Positions 23,900 through 37,900 are shown, counted from the first letter of the stretch. The stretch is 64,000 nucleotides of DNA from Takakia lepidozioides (GCA_030704615.1 CM060731.1:19902001-19966000), one strand, 5' to 3'. Translations and numbers: made by a program. Notes: generated from the letters alone by a model not told the origin.

Positions 23900-26800
23900 C
23901 ATGATTTGGATGGAACACTATGATCTCTGGGAGAAGAGCAACAGCGAGCCTATAGCAACAGCAGCTCATCAGAAGCGCCAACAGCTGTGCCAATTCTAGA
24001 AAGCATTTGGAATAGGTAACATACATTGAGGTTCGTTGAGATATCGGATGGAGGACGGACATGTCAATGCAGTGCATAAGCCAAGCCCCTGCATTCAAGG
24101 ATAATAATGTCAGATTATTATGAGGGTTATTTATCCTCCATCACATGCCATGTTACCACGTAGCTATGCTTCCTATTACAAAATCATGGGCCTTTCTTTC
24201 TAAAATTAGAGAAGATCATGGGAAGGGAGGAATAATACCCGTTGAATAAGTGTCGACTTCTTGGGCTTGCCAGAATACTTATGCCCCGTGATTTTCATCC
24301 AGTCTTCTTGTATCTCCTTACGGGTAAGGACTAGGTGGAGTTTGGGCAGCTTCAAGGGGGGAGGAGCAGGTTCTTCATTTGCCAAGCGCTGAGCAACCCG
24401 CTTGGAGCGTTTGGTGGCCCCCTTGGTACCACTGTTGGGTAACGCAGGCAATGTTGGCTGCACAGCTTCGCTACTTCGGTTCCTGCCACACTCGCAAAAA
24501 GCTGCACTTAAAATCTCCACATTTGCACTTAAACATGTATGAAAGTATCCCGCTAACTACACCCATACTCACTTTGATGAGCATGCAATTGGCTCATCTA
24601 CATTGACGTTGAGAGGGGGCCCATCAGTTGGTTATGTCAGACGAAAAGAAGCTTTCTCTGTGAGTTTAGGCATGAGTAACTCATTTTCAGACATGCCTAG
24701 CTTAATTCAGACTTCTCCAAAGCCTGCTTTCTGCATTACTAAGACAAAAGACACTGCAATTGATTATACATGCTAACCCTTGTCTTCTTTCCGACACAAA
24801 ATCTTCCAAAAAATCTCCCCATGGCTGACTCAAGAATTCACACTTGACGGAAAATGCTAACTTGCCTTTACACAAAATCTTCCAGAAATCTACTCATCAC
24901 GTCACTCCGATCTCCAAATGAACTTGATAATAGCCCCACAAATTTGTCCAGAAAGCACTCTACTATATTGATTTATACTCAGTTTACGCCAAGTGCATGC
25001 CTGACATACGTTTGGCATGGCTTCTCAGACTTGGTAAGAAGAGGGACAATGACAGTCTCTTTTGAGTGGACCTTCGTTGAACTTACAGAGCACCTACCAC
25101 CTCCTGAGTGGAGGTGAGGCTATCTCTGATATGCTAGACAAGATCAGTGGCTGGTTGCGTAAACTACAAGCTTGCTACTAGAGCAGTCATCCTTAGCAAA
25201 TTAAGCACTTCCTCAAAAGCTCAAAGTTTTGACAATAGGGTACCTTGTCAATGACCGCAAGCCACGCTCTGCCTCATCCTTGGGCGGGGTGAATGACCGT
25301 GGCAAGCGTCTTTGTCTTCGGCGGAGCGGTTGAGCCACCTGCTGCTGTGGGGCAAGCTGATGTGGCTGCCGCCGAGCTGGGGTGGCTTGTGCAGGCTGTT
25401 GCTTACACCGACGCATCCTCCCACCTTCTCCTTCTCCTGGGCCTACAGAATCCTTAGTTGTGTTTTGAGCAGCCCGCTTTTGGTCACCTTCGTGTTCTTT
25501 GCGGGGCTTTTTGGCATCTGAGCGTTGCCGCTGATGCTGTTGTTTTTTCCCTCGAGATCGTTGATTGATAGGCGTGGCTTCAGCTCCCTGTAAGTCTGTT
25601 GCAGGCTCTTCTCCTTCCCCATCTCTCTCCTCTGACCCTTCGTTCCTTTGGAGCTTCACAACATCCTCGTCACTGAGATCCCTTGAAATATTAAGGACCA
25701 ACCAAGACAGTGTTACTCCTTATAGCACCAAACTGATGATATTTAGTGGCATAAATAGATTGTACTCATAAGACGTTGTTTGCCGTAGCCTTGTGGCATA
25801 AATAGATTGTACTCATAAGACATTGTTTGCCGTAGCCTTGTGGCCATTGACCCCACGCCCAGTCTGAACGGAACATATAGGGACAGAAACTACCTTTGTC
25901 AAGGGCTGACGCCGGTAGTATGATTTACCTTGGAATAAACAGTTGATCCGAGATTTCCAGATATCCTCCAGAAATCCCTTCACACAAGTATCAATCTGAT
26001 GTGTGTGATTTGCCCAATAGCTAGACCCCAAAAGGGCCTGGGCTTTTGGCTCAGCCTCAAGATTTTCAAAGTGGTTAAACAGAGGTACAGGCACAATTTC
26101 CTTGATGGAATTGCAGAGGGTGTCCCATTGGTGAGAGTATCCAGGACAATGAATCAGGAATATTGTCTTCAGGTTGCCCACACAACGGGCACTTACAATC
26201 CCCCTTTCCTCTCTGCGACTGTTTGTTGTTCAAAGGTAGGCTACCCGCCCTGAGTTTGAATTTTCAGTCTAGTGCCGAGGGTGGGTAGACCCTTGAGGTC
26301 ATCCATGATGGCCTCACCCATGTCACAGACTGGAAAGAGGTTCAGGGAAGTTTTCTGCCTAACTTCATTTTCTTCAGACAATTTCCTGGCAATAGACATG
26401 GCTTCAGAAACTTCAGCTTCTAAGCCAGATTTATCCAGCAGGGTCATGGCTAGTGGACTAAGATTCAGATCCTTGAAAATCTCTTCTACCCTTTTCCGCC
26501 AGGATTTAGCCTGTTTGACAGGGTGGTCCTGCTTCCAAGATTTAGAGTCGATTAACTTAGGATATCTGGTATTAGCCATACGTTGCAGCTGACCCCACCA
26601 TCTGATTTTGAATTCATCGCGTCGGGAGCTTAAGGGAGGAATGCCAAACCCACCCCGAACACCACATTAGCTGTTTTGGAGCATGCTGACATGCACTCCT
26701 TGAGCACCCCGACTTGGTTGGATTCAAGAGACTTAGCCTGGTTGGAGTTATCAACCCATACAGCAGATGCATACTCCAAGGCCGGCCTGATAACGCGGCA

Positions 26801-27711
26801 AAGCATGGTTTTTTTGACTTCAGAGTTGATCCCTCTGCAGTGGAAAAATTTAGTGAGACCCAGCGCTTTGCGTTTGCCAGATTGAACCACTCTTTGAATA
26901 TGTGCTTCCCAATTACAGTTGGAGGAAAACTCAACACCAAGATAGGTGTAGGAGGGGAGAACAGGGATCTCTTGGCTTCCCCACTGCCACTTGAGATCGC
27001 CTCCTCCTTCCCCCCGGTCGTTGAATGCCACCGCTGTGCATTTACTGACATTGGCCTCTAGCCCCCAAAGATCAAAGTATCTCTTCGCGCAATCTATCAG
27101 CCCCTGGAGGTTGGAAGGAGTCTCCCCTATGCCTGCGAAGTCATCCGCAAACATAAGGGCTGGTATGGTGGCATCACCCACCCTTAACCCAAATCCCTCA
27201 CTTTCCACATCCTCCAGTAGTTGATTGATGAAAACATTGAAGAGCAGAGGGGAGAGGGTACATCCTTGAGCTACACCTTGGTCTATGTCAAAGAAATTAA
27301 ACTTCTTAAATTGTGGCATTGAATTGTGGCATAAATAGAGATGAAGTCAGAGAGCAGCATAGGTGAAGTTAAGACCAAAACCACTTTCATTGAGGTCCTA
27401 CTACACTGATGATAGTCAGTAGCATATACCAAAACCAGCATTTATAGCTTTCCTGCTTTAGTTTCATACACTGCTGCCAATCCAACATTCCAACATCATT
27501 GCTGATGAGCCCTTCAAACACAAAGAAGGTCAATGAAGGTATGCACCAACATCCAACACAAGTAAGGACTCAAAGCACACTTGCACAGAAGACAAGAGGG
27601 GCCCTCAAAGCCATACCTTTTTCCGTAAAACAACTTCATGCCAGTACCCTCCATGACCTCACTGTCATCATGACGCTTACGCCCACCATATGTAGCACGG
27701 GAGCTGGACAT
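23900..27711 (-). CDS. DUF1639-family protein gene (multi-exon; 5' exons and exact ends uncertain; LINE in an intron)
   Basis: Exon 24501-24239 encodes KLHLVLTRKEIQEDWMKITGHKYSGKPKKSTLIQR and splices GT-AG in phase 0 to 24088 (GLGLCTALTCPSSIRYLNEPQ). An upstream charged exon lies at about 25683-25244. Confidence 0.6.
25746..27339 (-). mobile_element. 5'-truncated non-LTR retrotransposon (RT plus C-terminal CCHC) with a 14-bp TSD
   Basis: GVAQGCTLSPLLFNVFIN and LMFADDF RT motifs; CPLC…FLIHCPGY; gtggcataaataga at 25746-25759 and 27326-27339. Confidence 0.93.
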
Positions 27712-29418
27712 GAGAATGCAAGGAGATATTATTACCCAATATATCTCAATCTATGCTATCACTAATGTCACAATCGAATCTACTTCTCCAGACACACCAC
27801 CCTTGTGAAGGCATGGTGCTTTTCTTGGAGTTGAACAGGGTACAAATTGAGTATAAACAATGCAGGATCCAATTGCTCTTCTACACTCACCAACTGAGTC
27901 AACACCTACCTGCTCAATTCCCGCTGCCATTCCATGAACCTCTCGCTTCTCACAACAGCCCTTCGCGTTCCTGTTGGCTGCATCCCGAAAATCAAAACAT
28001 CCCCAGACATGTAAGACACTGTTTGCTCAAGTTTGAGTGAGCCAATCCTGTTCTATGCAACCCACCATGTATGCAATATCACAAGTCCAAAAGACACATG
28101 GAGGCCAGTATACAGGCCTGTCCCAGAAAATGGGCTGAATAATTTCTCTGAAGTGAAAAAAAACCCATCTAGAAGCACAATAAAAAATCCAAAAACTACA
28201 TCAACAGATTACCTGAATCCTACCAACAGAAGCAGAAGTATCTTTGGAGGCAAATGATGAAATTGCAATCACAAAGCACCCTTATTCTTGCCAACATTTA
28301 TCTGGAAAAATGCTACAATTCTTAAAGAACTCTGATTAACTTGCCACACCGGCTGATCATTGCAATCAAAAATCCGTACAAGCTCAAAAGGCGCCAACGT
28401 GCCTTGAGCAATTCAAAATACCAGACAAACGTGGTGCACTCACCCAACTTCGACATTCAAGAGCTAAACCCAATCAGACAGAATTTCACAGACCCCACCA
28501 AATCAAATCCAACCCAAAACAACGTACCGCATCCACTGTCGCTGCAGCCATGCCCGGGGCTTCTGATCTTCAAAGTTAGAGCAGCACCCAAGAGCAGGAG
28601 CTGGGTGGGAAAACTCAAGAAAATGAGAAACAAAACCCACAAGCCAAAAAATGGGTGTGCAAACCCAGAGCAAGAGGCAGAGCAAAGCAGCATCCTCACA
28701 AAGAGAAGAGAAGCGGAGAAGCTCGTCGTCAGTTGCGCCAGGACTTGGGACTCGCCCCTCAACCGGCCCAGCCGGTGGCCAGAGGAGCCCGGTCCCCATA
28801 GCGACCGCCCAGTCCCGGTAACAGAAAAACCCACGGTGGGGAAGAAACCTCTTCAAACAGTAGTACTGTGTTCCCGCAGGACAATTCTATCCCGAGCACC
28901 ATCCCTACAGACCAGGGACTTTGACTAAGCTTACTGACGTTATATATATGCAGACACAACTGAATTGCCCCTGCCCCTTCCCGCACATTTACTGTACGTA
29001 CTGTCTGTTGAGATGTTTGTTTTCAGTTTGTGATTCTGATTGAGAGCATTGCAAGACTTTCCCGATGTAAGGTAGAATTGCAGCTCGCTTGCATTCAGCA
29101 TTTATTGTTCTGTCCTTGGTTTGGTTAAATTTTTCTTTGCAATGTGTCGCCACGCAGTTGATGAAATGGCCACCCATTCTTGTGCTCCTAAACTCCTATT
29201 GAAGGAACACATTTTCTTGTCAGGGCAGGGCCATGAGCTTTCAAGTGAATTGTTTATTCTTCGGAACCTAGTTTTAGATGTGCACGCCTTGGCGATGGAC
29301 TGAGGTAAATCAGATTGATCTTGTTCTTTCCAGTGTGATGTTGGATTGCAGTGGTTTCTCGAGATGAAGTTGTGCTGTTTTCCCGATGAGGAATCTGCTT
29401 GCCTGGATGCTTTTCCAG

Positions 29419-31640
29419 ATTGGCCCCTCAGCCCTTCCAAAGGAGAGAAGGCAAATATCAAGGTGACGATTCGGCTCAATCTGCATGGAATTGTCTCTGT
29501 GGAGTCTGCCACTGTAAGTAAGGGTGTATCTCAAACATTTAAAAGATGTAATCTGGGTTGTGGAAGCCTACTCTTCAGTGAGGAGTACCACTGATAGTTG
29601 TCATCCTACTTGAAGATGATTTAGGAGGAAGAAGTGGAAGTGCCTGTGACAAAGTCAAACTCCCAAGATGCCAAGGACGTTTCTGCAACGGATACTGGAA
29701 AGGATGTCGGTGCGGGCGGGCAAAAATCTTCGGAGGGGAAAGATACTAAGATGGAAGAGGCAGATGTCACTGAGCCTGGGGCTATAGCAGTGGTACTGAA
29801 TATGGTGTACCCTCAGCTGATGAGAAGACAACCAAGATGGACACTGAACCCTGCAAGGTAGTTCACTAACCAAAAGCCTTTCAGCTTGTATCCTGTGCTG
29901 CTCACTGGACCTGTTGGCCTCCATATGTTTTGCATTGAAGTTCTCCAAGAGGTTGATTTGCCTCAGTGCTTTGCAAGGGCAACATTTTTTTTCTGTTGCA
30001 TTTTCCATACATTGTGTAGTGTACTAGGTACCCTCTACTGCTTTATTCAGAGTTATTTGCAAACTTCATTTGTCACTATAGAGGTCTCCAATGCTTCCAT
30101 GTGGATAGTTACGCCCCAATTACATGGAAAACCCAGGAATTGCATTCACAAATGGGCTGTCAAGCTCTAATGTTTTTCTAGTTGGATTTCTAGTGCAGCT
30201 AAATATAACCCAAATTTGTTGTTGGTGGCTCAAATGAGCATGTTTGAAGTTGACTGTTGGCAGTAGAATGTCCTGTTGAATATGAGAACTAGACAGCAGC
30301 TGACATAATTTGACATTTTTAAACTTCCGTTTGGGTTTATGCTATAGCTTTCCTGCGGAGGTTCGGGCTCTAGTAATTCTGGGTTCATATTTTACTGTGA
30401 TATGGAGTATTTTGGCCAACTGGGGACCATTTGTGTTCACAACACAGTGTGTGGTTATGCTGTGATTTCGGGTAATGTGTGTTAATAATCATGGCAATAT
30501 CTGTCTGCTGTGCACTGGACAGTCCATCACTGGGTTTTACACCCAGAAAACCACAGGGAAGGAAGAGTTGCCAGATTCTCTTTTGTAGGAGTACTGCTGT
30601 TCTCTTGAATCTTCCACCTACGTGCAACCTTTGGGGCTTAGGCTGTCCTCTGAAATGGCCCTACATTCATTCTTTGTCTTGCTAATTATAGTAGGGCTAC
30701 TTCCACCTCGAGAGGTGTACTTTAGAATAAAATATATCTCTTTCGTGGAAATATACAACTGTCTAGATGACTTTTGACACTTCCTGAACTTTGGTTGTTT
30801 TCTTCAATCAGCTGTATGAAAGACTGCAAGATTATGTCACCTCAGAGTTGTCTGCAAAGCGTCAAGAAACGGAGGACTGGTTGTATGAGGATGGGGAGGA
30901 TGAGATCAAAAGTGTTTATGTCGCCAAGCTGGTAGAACTCAAGAAGGTAATCGAGTAACCTCTTCAGTTTCATTAGTGTGATGGTGTTTCTCTTTTCTTT
31001 TCATTTAGTACACTGATGCGTCATTTTCAAGGGCTCTCATGACTAAGGTCGTATGGATGTCTTGAAACATGATATCATTACTGAAGGGCGGTCTGTAAAA
31101 CATATGCCTATAGAGAGTGTACATGAGAAGGCTATTGTTCAAGAGGAAATCAAGAAGATGCTGGATGCAGGTGTCATTAGACCCTCTATTTCTCCTTGGG
31201 GTAGTCTCATCATCCTGGTAGCTAAGAAAGATGGGTCTACTAGATTATGTGTTGATTTTCGTAGACTCAACACCATGACAAAGAAAAATGTCTACCCTCT
31301 TACTCGTATTCATGAGACCCCGGATCAGCTGAATGGAACCACTATCTTCACCTCCTTGGATTTGGGTCTGAGTTTTGGCAAGTTTTTTAACCCTTAAAAC
31401 TTGGAGGGAATGTATTCATTTCATATGCGAATCCTCGTGAAGCAAACTGATGTGGGTGGATGATGATGGCTGAACAGATTTTGCAAACCAATCATGACGA
31501 AGTCAAAGCCACTGCACCAAAGCCAGCCTTGACCACAGAAAACAAGGCCTCTGAGCCCAAATGATCACATTGCAGCTAGTGGAGAAATGCCTGTCCATGA
31601 AACCATGGATATTGACAACAAATCATCCGCACCTGATCTG
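29419..31640 (+). pseudogene. HSP110/HSP70-14-like chaperone pseudogene fragment (intron-containing, partial)
   Basis: GEKANIKVTIRLNLHGIVSVESAT; MI*EEEVEVPV; ETEDWLYEDGEDEIKSVYVAKLVELKK; RFCKPIMTKSKP. The ATPase domain is absent and a stop is present. Confidence 0.85.
31035..31390 (+). mobile_element. Gypsy reverse-transcriptase N-terminal fragment
   Basis: IKKMLDAGVIRPSISPWGS.IILVAKKDGSTRLCVDFRRLN..TKKNVYPL.RI…FTSLDL. Confidence 0.92.
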
Positions 31641-31749
31641 ACACCATGTAGACTTTGTTGTGGAATGGTCTTCTTCTTGAGACACATTGATGCCAAGTTG
31701 TCATTGTGTGACATTCAGAGATGTCAGTAATACATCATCAAAAAGTCTG

Positions 31750-32160
31750 AAGTTTGAAAACAAACAAAAATCGTTTCGATGGGGAACCGTTCATTCGCCC
31801 TTTCAATCAATTTTGATCGATCCCATACTTGTCCACGACCTGTTAGATGGTATGTAGAACATACTGGCGAAGTTTGAAAACAAGCAAAAATCGTTTGGAT
31901 GGGAAACTATTCGTTCGCCCTTTCAATCAATTTTGATTGATCCCATATTTGTCCATGACCTATCAAATGGTATGTAGAACATGCTGGCAAAGTTTGAAAA
32001 CAAGCGAAAATCATTTGGATGGGGAACCATTCGTTTGCCACGTAAACCACTTTTGATTGATCTCGTACTTGTCCAAAACCTATCATATGGTATGTAGAAC
32101 ATGTTAGCCTAGTTTGAAAACAACATAAAATCATTTGGATGGGGAATGGTTTGTTCACCC
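31750..32160. repeat. Tandem array, 120-bp unit, about 3.4 copies
   Basis: agtttgaaaacaa…atggtatgtagaacat recurs at an exact 120-bp period (31751, 31871, 31991, 32111). Confidence 0.92.
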
Positions 32161-32949
32161 TGGAAACAAATTTATCGCAATAGGCCCATGAACACTCCAA
32201 CACAAGTGGGTGCAAAACGTGCAGGCTTTGAGCATTGTTTGGAGAGATATCGTTGTTTTCCATTGCACCGGAACAAGGGCGAGAAAATGTCGTTGAAGTT
32301 TGGAAAGGCGTTGCCCTAAATAAGATTCCACAATTCAAATATTTTGGGAACTTGAGAAACTGCGTTGGGCGAGAGAGTGTGCTTCTTTGTGTCTGGTGTG
32401 CAAGACACAATGCGAGGGAAGGGATGAGAGACATTGTCTATAAATGTATCACAATCCCATCACTAAATTGCCCTGTAATTGAGATGCAAACAATGTTGGG
32501 TTGTACACAATGAGGCAGCAGTACAGACAGCAAGCGTGGGCGAAGTTGATGACGAGATCGCGCTAAATATCGATGAGGTCGTGTCAGAGTAGACAGCCAT
32601 CGCATTGTGCTATTGCCTCGTCATCTCTCTCCTCCATTCCCATACAACCAGCATATAGCCCAGTGGTAATGGGCACATACCACGTTGGATGTGGTTGTGG
32701 GTTCAAACCACCGTCTGGTGTGTCATGAAGGTGTCCACGTTCCTACTGGAAGGTAGTAGTCCTTTGGGGTCAAGTGACACCATATATTATATATATATTA
32801 TCCTCCATTCCCCTCCTCATGTTAGATATTTCTCACTCTCGCTCTTTCGTATATACTTGTTTTCCGTGCACCTCTGGCACCGCCATTGCTCCAGTGTCCA
32901 CCCCATGTTCCAACACCTCCGATGTTGGGATGTTCATGGATTCCTCACC

Positions 32950-33600
32950 TGATAATGGAATGCACTTTGTACTATCAGTGACAAAAATATTGTGGAGTTT
33001 CTCTAGCAGGTTTAGGCTAAACTCTATAACAGAGTCAATAATCCAGTACATAGAACTTGAAATTCCACCAAAGTTTTTGTAGGAAATCAGTTTACAGCTG
33101 ATCCACTCCTGAAAAAGAAGTAGCGGTGCCATTGTTGACACAATTATCAGTTGTGCAAGCACAGAAAATGTATTAGTGGGGGCATTGGTAATCCACCGGC
33201 ACTTCTTTTTGTGTAGCTTGTAAATATCCATCACATTTGTCTCTTTAAATGAATCCCAAGTATTAGGTCATGCAGCTCATATGTGACATCTTTCCGAATT
33301 ATCTCAGATTCAGACCATATCTCATTCCCGTCTGAAGTCGTTCCCCATAAGTCATCATGAAAGGCTGGATCATGATAGGCCCATGAATGTCTAATGCATA
33401 TAAAGCACACATATTCTTCCTCTTGTATTTTATTTGGAAGAGGCGTCGTTCCCCATCCTTCAAATTTCTATCGTTTGGCAAGAGTCTTTGGTAGATGCTC
33501 AGTGAAGGAACCAGGTTGATCATTTTTTTAAAGCTTGTACATGAAGTACGAGAGAGAAAGGCAAGAGAAACCAACAACACGAAACTTGTAGATGGACTAT
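32950..33600 (-). mobile_element. Penelope-like retroelement RT remnant
   Basis: IYKLHKKKCRWITNA…FS.LA…MYWIIDS…IFVTDSTKCIPL resembles the PLE RT pattern PKLHK…R(F/W)I…WI..S…D…IP. Confidence 0.5.
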
Positions 33601-34922
33601 GAGGGAGGAACAAACCACATTCTCAATAGGAATACCATTCAATCAATAGAAACAGTAGGGATTATAGGGAGGGCAAATATGATGGTGATACAGAATGTGT
33701 TTGCTCTAGGAGCTGCTCGACCCCCTTCTTGCAGATCCTTTTGAGACTGAATATAGAACTGCATGGGAGTCTCAGCCGTAGTTTCCTCCCCTCACACAAA
33801 GTCTATCGAAAAAACTTCGACGAAAGGAAAAAATAATAAATAAGAGACCACATGGGGAGGACCCGTGGTCGCGACGGACGTACCAGGAGCGGTGGTGCCG
33901 TCGCAGTGAAGCGCACAGGACTGACGCGTGTGAAAGGAATGCATGTAATCCATGCAAGCCCTACCATACGTGTTATGACTTGTGATGGAAGTCCTAGGGT
34001 TGAGTCCAAGTTATGGAGCCTTCTTGTTCTTTCCAATCACTTAATGCATAAATTGCTCCAAAAGAGCACCTTCATTCTCTCTTTCTATGTTCTTTTCACT
34101 TCTTCCTTTCCTGCCCTCTTTACTATGAGATCCGTATGAGACTCAACTGCCCTCATAGAAGTCTTCCATTATGAGGATCAGAGGTGTCAGAGCAAATAGG
34201 AAATACAAGTCATTGTCTTCCTTGAGGAGTCTCCCATGGGTACTCACGCATGCATGAAACTATTCATCCAGGGGTTTCATTTATTCATAGGTATGGATGA
34301 AATATTCCCATTACACCTGTCTTGATCTAATCCATTTGCGTAGTCCTGCCTTAGAAAGGCAGGGCCTAGAGCAGATCGAACACTCAAAGTTCCAGTCTTG
34401 CATCCATGGGATCCATGTGTGTAAACGGTTGGTGGGTGTTTATGAGTGACGTTATTGGACTGTGGCTGGGGCAGAGGATCGGTGATTATGGCTCTGTCTT
34501 TGGCAACGTCCTGTGCTGCCTGAATAATAATACATATACTCAATGATCTGCGTTCCGCGTCGGTGGATTGTCGGAGTTCAAATCAGTTCATTGGTTTCAA
34601 GGTAAGATAAGTGACCAATTTCAGGAGTGTCGGCAAGATGGGGAGGAATTTGGTTCAAATCTGTCTCTCCTTCAAGCAACCAACTGTTGTTTAGTGGTTA
34701 GCCCAGTTCAGTAGTACACCGTGGATAATGTGTTGAGCCACAGGTTAGGCCTGCTTTCAGCTCTTGACAGAGGTAGGAAATTGGTCCCCGTGTTGTTTTA
34801 GGATAGTATCCATGTCAGGGTTTGCGCAGGGGTTGGAAGATTTGTATTCCTTGGTGGGAATACAAGGAATACACTTGGTGACTCAAGGATGATTTCTTGG
34901 TGGGAAGCAGAGAGCGGCAGTC

Positions 34923-37900
34923 ATGGCAGACGTAGCAAGCAGAAATGCAGCATTGATGTGCCGCATTGTCCAGCTAGAGCATGGTAATAACCCTGTAACC
35001 TTATTGTGTGAGAGAGAAGAGGGCAGTTTGGGAGGAGGCATCTATGGGTACGTTATGGTAAATAAGATGAAGGAGGGAGGCAAGGCTGACCGATTCTCAT
35101 TACAAATTGTGTCAATAAATGCATCTACGTTTCGGCTTCATTGTCATGAGATGGCACAATTGATTGGCTTTGATAAGTGCAGAGAGAGATGAGCTGCAGA
35201 AGGACATAGAGACACTGTGTCTACAGAAATCAGGGGTTCCAGAGAGCATGGATGTTGCCACCCGCATGCAAGCCCGAAGGTGGGTCAATGAGGTCTCTTT
35301 CTCTATGTAGCTAGTGCACGAAGTGTTCTCGTCATCGTTGACTGAGAATAAGTACTGGTTGTGGCATCTGGGGATCCCCTTTGTTCCCTCTTTTCTCTTT
35401 GCAAAAGTCCTTCTTTACTTTAGTTGCCCTCATTTAATCAGTAAGCAGTCCAAATGTGTCCTCCTTCACTTTCCAACGAGAATTGGGTAATACTGTTTTA
35501 GTAATGGTATTAAAGAATTACAGTATCCTGCTTTTATTGTTATTGAGAGAATTGCTAGACCCAGAGCTAAACCATTGGATTTTAGATAACATGTATGAAA
35601 AGCATTAGACCAACTCAAGGGTTGTAGCAGGGCCACTGGTTTGGAGCAGGAGCTGGAAGCATGCAAGGAAAAGGTGGCTCTGCTTACACGTGATAATCAT
35701 AATCTGCAAGAAGAGCTGACTGAAGCTTATCGTGTCAAGGTATTGTCAGAAATTTAATGAATACTTGCCTACAAATGGACTAAGCATCATACAAGCAGCT
35801 TGGCCCTTAAATAGTGTGCTGAAGCACTACCCTTACTCATTATAATTGTCCTTCTGGAAAAACTTTCAATCATATCATATGAGGGACAAGAGTTGATGAC
35901 ATACCAATGTCTCTGCAATGATTGAGCTGGTTCAAGGCAGCTGGAGCTCGGTGCTCATAATCCCTTGTCCTGATGCATTTCAGTTTCCAAGCATCTTCAG
36001 TAGAGATGGCTCATGGGTTGTGGTCCACCCATGTCTAACCAGGGTGTATGGTGCAGGGCAGGATCGCCGATGCATTTAAGGCTGCAATTGAGAAGGTGAC
36101 ACCCTTCTTTAACGTCCATCGGATGAAGAGCTGCATGGGACCATAATGTGATACTTCAGCTGTATGTCTCATAGATGGTTGTGCAGCCAGAGGGCAAATA
36201 TTTCTGGCAATGTTTGTATTTTAGCAAGGAGTTATCTCCGATTTGGGAAGTAGTCACGTTCCTTCAGATTTTCTCCACACTTGGGGCAAGCTCTTGAATT
36301 GTTTGTAGATCATTAATCTTTCATGGTGGTAGGGATCGAAAGCCAAATCAAACATTCTGCAAATGCTGCCTCCATCAAGCTACAACCCATCAAGCTCAGG
36401 CCTCCATTTGTGTACTGGGTGCAGAACAGTCAAGTGGAAAAGGAGGTGAAGTTCTTTCAAAGTAAGGTGGCTGCAGCCCTTGCTGAGAGGGACAAGGCTG
36501 TTGTGGAGGTGAGCTGCAACAAAGGATGGTTGTAAGTAGTTGCCTCGCTGCTGCAACATGCTCAAACAACATGTTGGGTTCTTTAAATATGGGTCATTTC
36601 GTGACTTCAGCTATGAACTAGGTTTTTGTAGTTCTGAACTGTGTGACTTACTCGCCATTCTTTGCTACAACTAGTAGTGCTAGCCTGGTGCTGGAGGCAC
36701 TGTGGTTGTCCCGTGTTTGAAAGCAACATATAGCTATGGTGCAGTGCCCACAGACGTGAACCACCTGGCAAAGATCAGGCTCATCTGTTGAATGTTTAGG
36801 GGCAACTGATTGTCTATGCAATAAGAACGTCTGAAACAATTTGCCCTGGTAAGAGGGTGCTAAAAAGTGCATGCCGAATATGGAGGGAGTAGTATTCTCC
36901 TCGCTCTGGCTAATATCACTCTAATTATGGAAGCCATTATGCAGATCTCCCCTTTTTTGAAACCATGATCGTAATCCCTTTTCCCTGGATGCTCGTGTGC
37001 AAGGAGGGTGGACATATATACCCAGTTGAGACTGTTGGATGCTAGAAGTACTATGCCTAAAACTGTAAGGATTGAACCAGTCCAACTGTGCTCTTCTTCA
37101 AAGAATTCTACATGGCTGTTGGAAAGTGCCTTCACCCAAGCTTTAGCTTTAATATGGTAACCTTAGTATCGGCTTGCTCTGGGACAGGTAGAGAGGGTGC
37201 ATGAGAACGCGAAGACAACAGCTGCTAAACTTCAAGACCTTTACAACAGGTGTGGCTTTCAAACTCTCGACATATTGCAATCAGGAATTGGGGACATCTG
37301 TAGTTCCCGTTACATTTTATCTAGGCAGGAGTGGTGAATCTAAGTACGCTCAAGGGCATTGCTTGTGAGATGCAGATTAGATGAGGCAACAGCAGAGTAC
37401 AAAGAGCTGGGGATACACTGTGGAGAATTGGAAAAGAATGCAGACAGTTTCAGTGTTCAGTTAGGTACGCAAAACCAGGTAATTCCAATCCCAATTTGCA
37501 TCTTATCCGTCCTTCTTGGAACTCCGTAAAAACAGCATATGTCCAACGTCAACACTCTTACAATGAGATCTTATCGCAGGTCTTTCTAGTCAAACTGAAC
37601 TAGTCAACTGGATTCGTGGCAAAGAGCTGCTTTGAAGCTGTGAGGTCCTTCTGCATTGGTCTGATTTTTGTGTATCTTTTGTGGACGAGTAGGGAGGGAG
37701 ACAGGGAGACAGACAGAAAGGAAGAAGAAGATTCACCATTCACAAGGCACCTCTTTCTTGAAAATGAAATAAGACATGATATTATGAATGTTCTGGAAGC
37801 AGGTGCTAGAGAGGTTTTGGAAGTTACGGGTAACTGCACTTGGGCATCCAGAAGAAGATGAGGAAAACCAGGCCCTGCAACCGCTCGACAAGGCAAAAGC

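Noticed and set aside
28341-28928. 195-aa ORF
   Set aside because: No motifs; it lies antisense to the probable promoter/5'UTR of the DUF1639 gene and is likely spurious.
33770-33960. Hammerhead ribozyme upstream of the Penelope-like RT
   Set aside because: A GC-rich hairpin is present, but no CUGANGA…GAAA core was found.
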